Part shown: positions 53,401 through 64,000 of the stretch, piece by piece
Numbering within the stretch: the stretch's first letter is position 1
Layout of the letters: every line of letters starts with the position of its first letter
Assembly (NCBI RefSeq): GCF_006345805.1
Contig: NC_043003.1
Coordinates: 67,394,001 to 67,458,000 of the forward strand
Direction of reading: 5' to 3'
Length of the DNA: 64,000 nucleotides
Origin: Octopus sinensis
Taxonomy: Eukaryota
Notes under the pieces: model-generated
Database searches by the model: none
Seen by the model: only the letters and a program-made list of their open reading frames with translations
What the model was told of the DNA's origin: nothing
Made by a program: the position numbers and the translations under genes

Positions 53401-53778
53401 TGTGTGTGTGTGTATGAGAAGAGTGTGTGTGTGTGTGTATGAGAGAGTATTAGTGCGTATGAGAGGTCTGGACGTGTGTATGTATATATGATGTGATGTG
53501 TAAAGTCGTATGGTGTAGTGTAGAGAGAGGAGACGAGGGAAGAGGGGGAGGGGGGAGAAAGAAAGGGGAGAAGGAAGGGGGAAGGGGGAGAAGGAAGGAG
53601 AGGAGAACACGAAGTACATTGGTGAAATGATATGATTAACATATTGCGCAATGATCACCATCTGATGAAGTGTATTAAAAGAATATATAGGCAGATACAA
53701 GCATAAATACACACATACATACATAAATACATTGATACATGCTTACATACTTGCATGCATGTATACATACATTCATGC

Positions 53779-53817
<39 letters not shown>

Positions 53818-53854
53818 CATACATACATACATACATACAAACACATGTATATGT

Positions 53855-53923
<69 letters not shown>

Positions 53924-54104
53924 TAGGTACAGACATACGGATACACACACATATATATTTACATAATATTGAGGTCTCTTTCTTTCTTTTGTTATCTTAC
54001 CGTTTTTACCAATACATATATATATATATACTTGTTGATGTATGCATATGCATGTATAGATTTATATAGTTGTGCGTGGAGAGAGAGAGAGAGAGAAAGA
54101 GAGG

Positions 54105-54167
<63 letters not shown>

Positions 54168-54692
54168 CTGTGTGTGAAAATAGGCATTTAAACTGAAACA
54201 AAATATTTGCCTGCTTGATATGCAACTCTACAGGAAAATGACACGTTGTCACTGCCATATTGAAAGTATATTTTTTGAAAATAAACTCGTGTTCCATAGA
54301 GAATTGCGTATACACAGGCACATAAACAATACACGGACACATGTGTGTGTCTATAAATATGTATGTATATATAAGGAAAGAGATAAAAATGAAGCAAATA
54401 GTAAGCTACACATACGCATGTATATCTGACTGCATGGGGATTTTCTCTGTATCTGAAATTTATACATTTTAAAAATTGGAAAACTTGTTACCTTAAGAAT
54501 TTCTTTCGATTCACACGAGTAGAATTTAAAATCAAATATTCTTTTGTCGAAAAACATTCGATTCCATATTATTTTCCGTTCATCGCAGAAATTTTCCAAA
54601 CTGTTCCATTCCATTATCATCATTCGAATTTCATACATATGTATGTACGTTATTTGTTTTTTTTTTAATGTTTGTGAATGTATGTGAGTCTT

Positions 54693-55153
54693 TGCGTGGT
54701 GAAACGTTTGCTCCCACCAAACCGCATAGTTCCAGGTTCAGTACCACTTCGTGATACATTGGGCTGGTGTTTTGTATTGTAGCTCCGGATGGACTAAAAG
54801 TATTGTGAGTGGATATGGTAGAAAGAAAATGGCCGAAGCATGTTCTATATACGTGCGTGTTTGTTGTGTGTGTTGGTGTGTGTTGGTGTGTGGGTGTGTG
54901 GGTGTGTCTGTGTGGCTATGTGAGTCTAAGTGTGTGTGTGTGTGTCTGTTTTTGTCCGAAGTAGTCGAGAACAAACACGGTACTGATGTGATTATGTTCC
55001 AGTAACTTAGCGATTCGTCAAAATATACCGATAGAATAAGTACCACGCTTAACAAAAAAGTACCTCGATCGATTTTCGACAAAATTTCTTCGAGGCGTTA
55101 TCCCAGCATAGCCGCAGTCTAATAATTGAAAAAGTAAAATAGAAGAAATAAAA
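54693..55153 (+). mobile_element. tRNA-derived SINE, family A (diverged)
   Basis: GTTCCAGGTTCAGTACCAC…GTGAGTGGATATGGTAGA…GTAACTTAGCG…CCGATAGAATAAGTAC…CCAGCATAGCCGCAGTC. Confidence 0.75.
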
Positions 55154-55213
55154 GATGTGTGTATTTGTGTGCATGTGTTTCTTTGCGTGTGTGTATGTGA
55201 GTGTGTGCACGTG

Positions 55214-55257
<44 letters not shown>

Positions 55258-55653
55258 ATATATATATACATGCCCACTCTTTTAAATTCGAGTCGAACTC
55301 ACCTTTGCTTTTCCTCTTTGTTAGTCTATAAATCAAACAAGAAAACTAGATGCTTTTCTCCTTGTATGTCCCAACCTGAGTCTTTCGTTATAGATGTCAA
55401 ATGTGGTGGATACTGGAAAGAGGTGAGCTTCGCTAAGTTTAAAATTTTATAAAATCAACGAAACCTAAAAACAAAGTGAAGTATTATATTTTCAGGTGGA
55501 GCCGAAACTAATTTCCAATGGGGATAAACAAAGCAAAGTATGAAATACTGTCATTTCTGTACACTGGTATTTAATACTTCAGCTCGAAATATGTTGTGCA
55601 CTTCATGGAAACGCAAAGCTTCCTGTATAGACACAAGATTGATTAAAGCAAAA

Positions 55654-55654
<1 letters not shown>

Positions 55655-55692
<38 letters not shown>

Positions 55693-55935
55693 CAGGATCA
55701 GCAGCAGCAACAGTAGCAGTGTTGGTAGTAGTAGTAGTAGTAGTAGTAGTAGTAATAGTAGTAGTAGTAGTAGTAGTAGTGGTAGCAGGATCACAGCAGC
55801 AACAGTAGCAGTGTTAGTAGTAGTAGTAGTAGTAGTAGTAGTGGCAGCAGCAGCAGCAGAAGAAGAAGAAGAAGAAGAAGAAGAAGAAGAAGAAGAAGAA
55901 GAAGAAGAAGAAGAATAACCACCACAACAACAGCA
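55655..55935. repeat. Compound (TAG)n/(CAG)n/(GAA)n trinucleotide repeat with an internal duplication
   Basis: Direct reading; GCAGGATCA.CAGCAGCAACAGTAGCAGTGTT occurs twice. Confidence 0.9.
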
Positions 55936-56900
55936 ACACGAACCAGAATGACAGCACAACCAACAACAAGGACCCCAACAAGAAGGACGAAAGAATGATG
56001 GGTGAGGAAGCGGAATAATAAAGACATAGTATTTATCCATCATATATAACAAGTATTTCCAGAGACATTGTACTTACTCCAAATACATATGTCGCATCTG
56101 ATGAGAACCAGGAAGAAGAGAAGAAGAGAAAAGAAAAATACACTGTCAATGAAAAACCTACCGTTTCAATGAAATATTTGGAAGCGATTCTCTATCTCTA
56201 TTGCATATTGCACACTTGCAACGCCATATTTGCATGGGATGTTCTTAGATTTATTTTTCTTAGATAAGATAGGAATAAGTGACCTTCGTATAATTGATAT
56301 AAACTCCAAAGAACATCAGTCTTGTGTCGGACTTCACAAAATCAAAAAGCTTACTAATTAGAAAACTGGATTTACCAGTAATTAATTAGTTCTACGTGAT
56401 GAGCGTAACGAAGCACTACAGAACCTTTAATATCTTACGAGTTTAGAAATATAAAAATCTTACAAGTTTGGACATTCAAACGAATTAGATGGAGGGAAAC
56501 TTTAGCCATAGAAAAAATAAGCATAACACCGCAAGGCTACGTAAAGGGCCTGAGAAATCACCTCCTATAGACGGTGTGTGGCTAAAAGTGTAGGTGAAAG
56601 CTGGTCTACCGATAAAATCTGCACTTTTTTTAGCACCCAACGAATACACGAGTTAGTTTCTCAAGAAGATTACAAAAGAATACGCGTTCTGAACAGTTGA
56701 ATGTTCATATTAAGATTCGTTACAAAAATAGTTTCCGCAGTTTCTATACACACACACACACACACCTGCAAATATACATGCACACAGACAAATACATAGA
56801 TACATGCATACATATATATATATATATACATACATACAAACATATATACACACATATATACATATATATATATATTTATATGTGTATGCATATATATATA

Positions 56901-56931
<31 letters not shown>

Positions 56932-57010
56932 CACACATACATGTATATATATACATATAACAGACGCACACACACATATGTGTATATACACACACACATA
57001 CATGCATGCA

Positions 57011-57042
<32 letters not shown>

Positions 57043-57105
57043 TACATACACACACATGTATATATATATATGTATACATACACACATGTATATATATATA
57101 TATAA

Positions 57106-57155
<50 letters not shown>

Positions 57156-57311
57156 TATATATATATATATATAAATCAATAAATGGTGGGGTGTGTTGAC
57201 CGCACGTGGAGAAATGATAAGTAAGGAAAAATGTTTTTAAAAATGCAGAATGCTCAAATGAAAGAAAATTTTAATAAAATGCGAAAATGATAAAATATAT
57301 AAATATATATT

Positions 57312-57352
57312 TATTCAACCGGTTTTCGTCATTGTATGACTTGTCAAGAATA
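57312..57352 (-). ncRNA. Minimal hammerhead ribozyme-like motif (U3-A8 variant), pLTR copy 1
   Basis: TATTC TTGACAA GTCA-TACAA-TGAC GAAA ACCGGTT GAATA: stem I, variant core, stem II, GAAA, palindromic stem III region. Confidence 0.6.
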
Positions 57353-57980
57353 TTTATGTTTTAAGAAGTTATTTTAAAAATTAGAAATGGGAAAAAAAGA
57401 AAATTGCATTGTTTTTTGTAAAAGAATAATGATAAAAACGTACAAAAATTAAAAAATAAGTTCTCCGATACATTGTGAGTTCGTTGTGTATCTTGAGTTT
57501 TATGGTTGTTTACCAAAAAATTACCTTGAGGTGTTAAGATCCAAAGGGATTAAGAGCATGTGATGTGTTGTGTTGTTAAATTCAGCATGTTGCAGGACAG
57601 GAAGTAGTAGTAATTGTGGCCCTGGTTCTTCAGTTCCTGTGTTGTGGGTAAGGGAGACAACTCTTTTGAGTTCTTCAAAAAACCCAAATTATAAAACTAT
57701 CATTTTAGCTTCATTTGCATTATCTTTTTTATATAATTGCTTGTTAACTTAACTTTCAGATTTTAACACTTTATTTATATTATTTTCTAATAATATAAAT
57801 CTGCATAGACAATTGCATTTCAAATTGTCATATCATTTTAATAAAAATGATAGTAATAACAACAATAGTAAAAATGATATTTAAAGAATATAAGTTTTAG
57901 CTTGAAGTGATGAATGCATGGTATCTTTTATATTTGTGTTAGTCCATCCATGAAGAGTGAGGTAGAGAAAGGAAGTTTGA

Positions 57981-59344
57981 TCAACGAGGAGTTTGCATAT
58001 TAAGTTGTGTGGAATTTTTCAATAAAGAGATTCTCCTTGTTAATTCTCTCCTGTGTGGTGATCCCGTCTTTACATTGGTAGAAGGGGAATATATAGATTT
58101 GGGGTTTAAGTCTTTAGCACATGAGTCTAAGTGGTCACTCAGTGGAATTTGTCGGTATTCCGGGAGATTTATTTGTTCTTTATGCACCGTTACTCGTTTA
58201 CGTAACGGGAGACTCGTTTGTCCAACATAATTATGTTGGCAACCAGCGCATGTGAGAGCGTAGATAAGGTTCTCGGAGGAACAGGAGAAGTTAGTCTTGA
58301 TTTTAAACTTCGTACCTTGTTTGAAGGTAAATTCAGAGCCTTCAAGTAGAAAGGGGCAGGTACACAGTTTGAGCGTGCACATTTTTTTACTGTTGGGGGT
58401 GGATGTGGTGTGTGAAGTTTGGCATTTGTCAAGAGTTTTTTTAAGATTTGTGTTGCCTTTTGCATTTGAGGTTTGTGTGTATTTATAATGTTTTTCATTT
58501 TTGGGTCTGTTGACAGTAGACTGAGGTTTTGTATGATTGTGGTGTATGCTTCGATATTTTTGGGGTTGTGGGTGGAAAGTATGGAAGTATTTTGAGGTTG
58601 TGTGTGGTGTTAGGTTGGGTGGTTTTCAGTGTAGTGTTGTCTAGTTCTTTGGCGCGTTTTATTCCATACTCTATAAGGGTGGAGGATATTGACGTTGTAA
58701 TAGCGTTTTTTTGAGGTCTTGAAGGCGTATTTCTCGTGTTTTTGGATCCGAGACAATGGTGCATACCCTTTTAGCTAAATTGAAAGGGATATTTGTCTTG
58801 GTGTGTTTTGGGTGGCATGAACTAAAGAGGAGGTATTGTTGTGAGTCTGTAGGTTTGTGGTAGATGTCTGTTATGATTTGGTTCTTAGGTGTTTTTATAA
58901 TTAGGAGATCAAGGAATGGGAGATGATGTTTGCTTAATTCCATAGTGAATTGGATGTTGGGATGTATGTTGTTTAGTATGGTTTTGAATTCCAGGAGTTT
59001 TTCATAAGGTTCTTTCCATATGATGAAACAATCATCTAAATACCTTTTCCAGTTTTCCATTAGGTAGGTGTGGAAAACATGTCCAAATTTCTGGCTTGAT
59101 ATATTCATAGAGTGACAGTTCGAAGTAAGTAACCCTATGAGGTTCGCAAGGACTGGTGCAGCCTTGGTACCCATCGCAATGCCACATTTTTGACGGTAGT
59201 GTGTGTCGTCGAGAGAAAAAAATTGTTTGTCAGAATGAACTTAAGAGATTCTGTAATAAAAGACTTGTTAATGCGGTCAGGGAATGTCTCTGGGTGTTTT
59301 TCTAGCCAGAAGTCAATTGCCTCTATACCATACTCGTGTGGAAT
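57981..59344 (-). pseudogene. Frameshifted RT-thumb-linker-GIY-YIG ORF of the Penelope-like element
   Basis: The overlapping minus-strand ORFs 59135-59347, 58671-59174, 58495-58764, 58190-58498 and 57981-58382 join into one polyprotein through single-base indels. Confidence 0.9.
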
Positions 59345-60288
59345 CAAGACTAACTTCTCCTGTTCCTCCGAGAACCTTATCTACGCTCTCACATGCGCTG
59401 GTTGCCAACATAATTATGTTGGACAAACGAGTCTCCCGTTACGTAAACGAGTAACGGTGCATAAAGAACAAATAAATCTCCCGGAATACCGACAAATTCC
59501 ACTGAGTGACCACTTAGACTCATGTGCTAAAGACTTAAACCCCAAATTCTATATATTCCCCTTCTACCAATGTAAAGACGGGATCACCACACAGGAGAGA
59601 ATTAACAAGGAGAATCTCTTTATTGAAAAATTCCAAACAAACTTAATATGCAAACTCCTCGTTGATCAAACTTCCTTTCTCTACCTCACTCTTCATGGAT
59701 GGACTAACACAAATATATAAAGATACCATGCATTCATCACTTCAAGCTAAAACTTATATTCTTTAAATATCATTTTTACTATTGTGTTATTACTATCATT
59801 TTTATATAAATGATATGACAATTTGAAATGCAATTGTCTATGCAGATTATATTATTAGAAAATAATATAAATAAAGTGTTAAAATCTGAAAGTTAAGTTA
59901 ACAAGCAATTATATAAAAAAGATAATGCAAATGAAGCTAAAATGATAGTTTTATAATTTGGGTTTTATTGAAGAACTCAAAGAGTTGTCTCCCCTTACCC
60001 ACAACACAGGAACTGAAGAACCAGGACCACAATTACTACTACTTCCTGCCTGCAACATGCTGAATTTAACAACAAAAACATCACATGCTCTTAATCCCTT
60101 TGGATCTTAACACCTCAAGGTAATTTTTTGGTAAACAACCATAAAACTCAAGATACACAACGAACTCACAATGTATCGGAGAACTTATTTTTTAATTTGT
60201 ACGTTTTTATCATTATTCTTTTACAAAAAACAATGCAATTCTCTTTTTTTCCCATTTCTAATTTTAAAATAACTTCTTAAAACATAAA

Positions 60289-60329
60289 TATTCTTGACAA
60301 GTCATACAATGACGAAAACCGGTTGAATA
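60289..60329 (+). ncRNA. Minimal hammerhead ribozyme-like motif (U3-A8 variant), pLTR copy 2
   Basis: Identical to copy 1, in the inverted arm. Confidence 0.6.
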
Positions 60330-60427
60330 AATATATATTTATATATTTTATCATTTTCGCATTTTATTAAAATTTTCTTTCATTGAGCATTCTGCATTTT
60401 AAAAACATTTTTCCTTACTTAATATAT

Positions 60428-60477
<50 letters not shown>

Positions 60478-60767
60478 GCATATGAACAAATATGTGTACA
60501 AAAAGCGTCTTTCATTTATTTATACAGAAATATTGAAGATTAGGAACGGAATAAGACGCAGATGCTTTCTCACAACACGATTCATATCTTCATTTGCAAC
60601 AGTACTGTGTATGTATATGTTTTAACCATGTTAGTATGGATGTACATACATTTTAGCTTTGTTTCGTAAATTTAAACTCGGCCATTCTTTGCAAAGAAAG
60701 GCACTCCACTGGAATTGAATAACAGTAAGAAATTCTGCACGGATGTTTGGACATATAAATATGGCAT

Positions 60768-61250
<483 letters not shown>

Positions 61251-61647
61251 CATCACTTAATTATAGAACTGGGATATATGTATACACACACACGCACGTG
61301 CCTACGTGCACACACGTACGCACACACACATTCCAGTGTGTACGCTTATGTGTATTTGTGAATTTGTGTATACATACATATATATATATATATATATACA
61401 TATATAATATAATATAATATAATATAATATAAATAATATATAAATATATGCATATACACATACATATATATATGCATACATACATGCATATATGGTCACA
61501 GCACATCACAAAATGTAGACATAATGAGAAACGTGATAGGCGACATATAAAGCACATTCCCTTCATGAGTTGTCCCCTGTTTTATCTACTCCTTGTTTCG
61601 AAATATATTATATCATTTATATTACATTATATTATATTATATTATAT

Positions 61648-61771
<124 letters not shown>

Positions 61772-62136
61772 ATACATATATATATTTATAGCACAGATTC
61801 AATCATCTCGCTACAGTAAAACATTGTGAAGCATGACTGTCACCACTACTACACGAACCTGAAGATTGCAGAATTCATTGCATGAAAGTACTAGTTCAAT
61901 CAGAATGAACATTTGACAGTCTATTATTTTATTTTATTATATTATATTATATTATATCATTATAAGATTGTAAATAAAACGTGAAAATCAGACAAGGTTG
62001 GAATTCCTTTTATTAATATATTCTTCTATACACAATCACACACACCCGTATATATATCTATATCTATATATATACATATATATGTACATACATATAGATA
62101 TAGATATACATATATATATGATATATCTATAGAATG

Positions 62137-62167
<31 letters not shown>

Positions 62168-62220
62168 ACCCATGGAAAACGAACTTCCTCCAACTATATT
62201 GCCTATGTCTGCAGCTCAAG

Positions 62221-62539
62221 CAACAATGATATCCAGAGGTAATACAGTATGATCGCTTCATGCAATTCCACGTAATTGAACAATGCAATCATTGCATTAA
62301 TTTAAAATACAGATCAAATCTTCAGCTACGCAAAGACATAGATATTAATTAAATCAGAACAGATGGACACATTACTATATATTATAATAAGGTGCCATCT
62401 TTTCTAATTTGATTAAATTCCATGTCTTTTTGCAGCTGAAGATTGCTCTGCATTTTAAATTGGTGCAATGATTGCACTGTTCAATTAAATGGAGTTGCAG
62501 GAAACGACCGTACTGTATTACCTCTGGATATCCTTGTTG
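62221..62539. repeat. ~320-bp imperfect foldback (MITE-like); partial arm copy at 62903-62947
   Basis: CAACAA.GATATCCAGAGGTAATACAGTA…/…TACTGTATTACCTCTGGATATC.TTGTTG; arms of about 155 bp pair almost to the centre. Confidence 0.85.
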
Positions 62540-62765
62540 TTTATTTTGATTTTAATCACCTTACTTTGAAATTGTATGCATAATACCGTACAAAATTCTG
62601 GTGCCTCTACTTAAGTACCATATTCATCTGAATCTATCTATATATACATATATACATGTTTGTGTGTATGTGTGTGCGTATACGTACATTCATACACACA
62701 CACATATATATATATATATATGTGTGTGTATGTGTGTTCGTATGCGTACATTCATACACACACAC

Positions 62766-62797
<32 letters not shown>

Positions 62798-62835
62798 ATG
62801 AATGTATGTATACGCACATATATATATATATACCC

Positions 62836-62867
<32 letters not shown>

Positions 62868-62965
62868 ATGAATGTATGTATATGCACACACATACACACA
62901 AACATCTATGTCTTTGTGTAGCTGAAGATTTGATCTGCATTTTAAATATGACCATTCCGAAATAT

Positions 62966-63011
<46 letters not shown>

Positions 63012-63156
63012 TAGTAAATAAATGGCACAACTAAGTACCGATATTTACTGGAAATAGCGAACGTAAAAATACGACGCTAATGTGTAGCTTCACCGCGTAT
63101 GTATTAGTAAAAATGCGTGTGTGCAACAAAATAGAGAAAAAAAAAAACCGTCTTAC

Positions 63157-63171
63157 CTCCAGGGAGAACAT
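63157..63171 (-). CDS. Candidate 15-nt exon (MFSLE, phase 0), or the 3' end of a longer first exon
   Basis: gtgtttcatctttcag|ATGTTCTCCCTGGAG|gtaaga: good acceptor and donor in unique sequence. An in-frame upstream ATG lies at 63249. Confidence 0.35.
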
Positions 63172-63831
63172 CTGAAAGATGAAACACCCGGAAATGGATA
63201 ATGTGGTACCTGCAGGTTTCAGGTTTTGCAAGATATGTCTCTCACCCATATTTGCTTTACCTTCTTCAGCCAAACATATACCAAGACGAAACTACGATGT
63301 TACCACATAAATACTAACACACTCGACTGAAATACGGAACGCTAACAGTACGAGAAACGGTGAAGAAGTTTCAAAATATCAGTAATGCAATACAAAGTAT
63401 TGCCTTCCAGTAAAAAGTAGCCCGTGAGGGAAAAATACTCATACATATATATATATATACATAAAAGTACACACAGACACATCTAAATGCCAACATTTTT
63501 CGACTTCATACTTTTATGTAATTTAGCTGAGAAAGATCTTACATAATGAATGCATTTCCAATTACATTCAGAGAAGAACCGTATGCATTGAGTTCAAATC
63601 TTCTCTATTCATTATTGCAACTGAATAGGACTCAATGCCAGTAAAAGCCAGGTGTTACAGATTCCATTTCTACGGATACTCAAATGATGATTTGGCTTAG
63701 TTCATTATAATTGAAACGAGTCGACAATTCTGATGCATGCACCGCTTCTTACCATAGCATGAAATACACATACAAACGGATATTCTCACATGTAAACTCA
63801 AAGACACACGTATTTATGTGTGTGTGTGTGT

Positions 63832-63868
<37 letters not shown>

Positions 63869-64000
63869 ACTGACGCATGAGTGTGTGTTTGTACATATAT
63901 CCCATTCATACATTTCCATATATATACGTCCAAACATCCATGCAGAATTTCTTCCTCTTATCGACTAAATTCCAATGGAGTGCCTTTGTTTGCGAAGAAA

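Larger units (their letters stand above)
57175..60421 (-). mobile_element. Penelope-like retroelement (Neptune-type), 5'-truncated, with inverted pseudo-LTR, inserted in (TA)n
   Basis: RT motifs IPHEYG, GxAMGTKAAPVLANL, WKRYLDDCF, HPNIQFTME, LPFLDL, YHKPTD, FSSCHPKH; Cys-rich linker; GIY-YIG-type LIYALTC..C…YVGQT…R…H. Arms 57218-58302 and 59342-60421 are inverted copies. Confidence 0.95.

Noticed and set aside
55603-56052. Poly-S/A/T/L ORF
   Set aside because: Compound trinucleotide repeat with no unique coding context.
56098-56105. CTGATGAG hammerhead core
   Set aside because: No stem II or GAAA follows.
56578-56637. pre-miRNA-like hairpin
   Set aside because: Only about 15 bp with a bulge and a large loop; no recognisable mature miRNA.
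59811-59845. Possible SECIS hairpin in the PLE 3' UTR (as in Naiad elements)
   Set aside because: The hairpin lacks the 3' GA of the quartet, and no in-frame TGA was seen in the ORF.

Overview
AT-rich, microsatellite-saturated eukaryotic non-coding DNA. The repeat repertoire looks like an octopod cephalopod (Octopus sp.); this is recalled, not searched. It includes several tRNA-derived SINE families, R4/Dong-, CR1- and RTE-type LINE fragments, mariner, a piggyBac-like and a Mutator-like MITE, a Helitron and Penelope-like elements. No complete host gene is present, and almost all ORFs in the supplied track are translations of (TA)n/(CA)n/(CATA)n repeats. The window is probably intronic to, or 5' of, a large minus-strand gene, since a few short ATG-to-GT donor candidates lie at about 63.2, 23.7, 21.1 and 20.4 kb. 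The clearest element is a young, 5'-truncated Neptune-type Penelope-like retroelement (57175-60421: RT, Cys-rich linker, GIY-YIG). It has a 1.08-kb inverted pseudo-LTR, a 43-nt tail and a U3-A8 variant hammerhead motif. A 126-bp foldback mini-copy at 31409-31534 has exactly the same two termini. Other notable items are a tRNA-headed SINE-like element carrying a hammerhead-like fold, several more hammerhead-like remnants, a stack of same-orientation LINE 3' ends in microsatellites, several TA-centred palindromes and a 1.46-kb tandem duplication.
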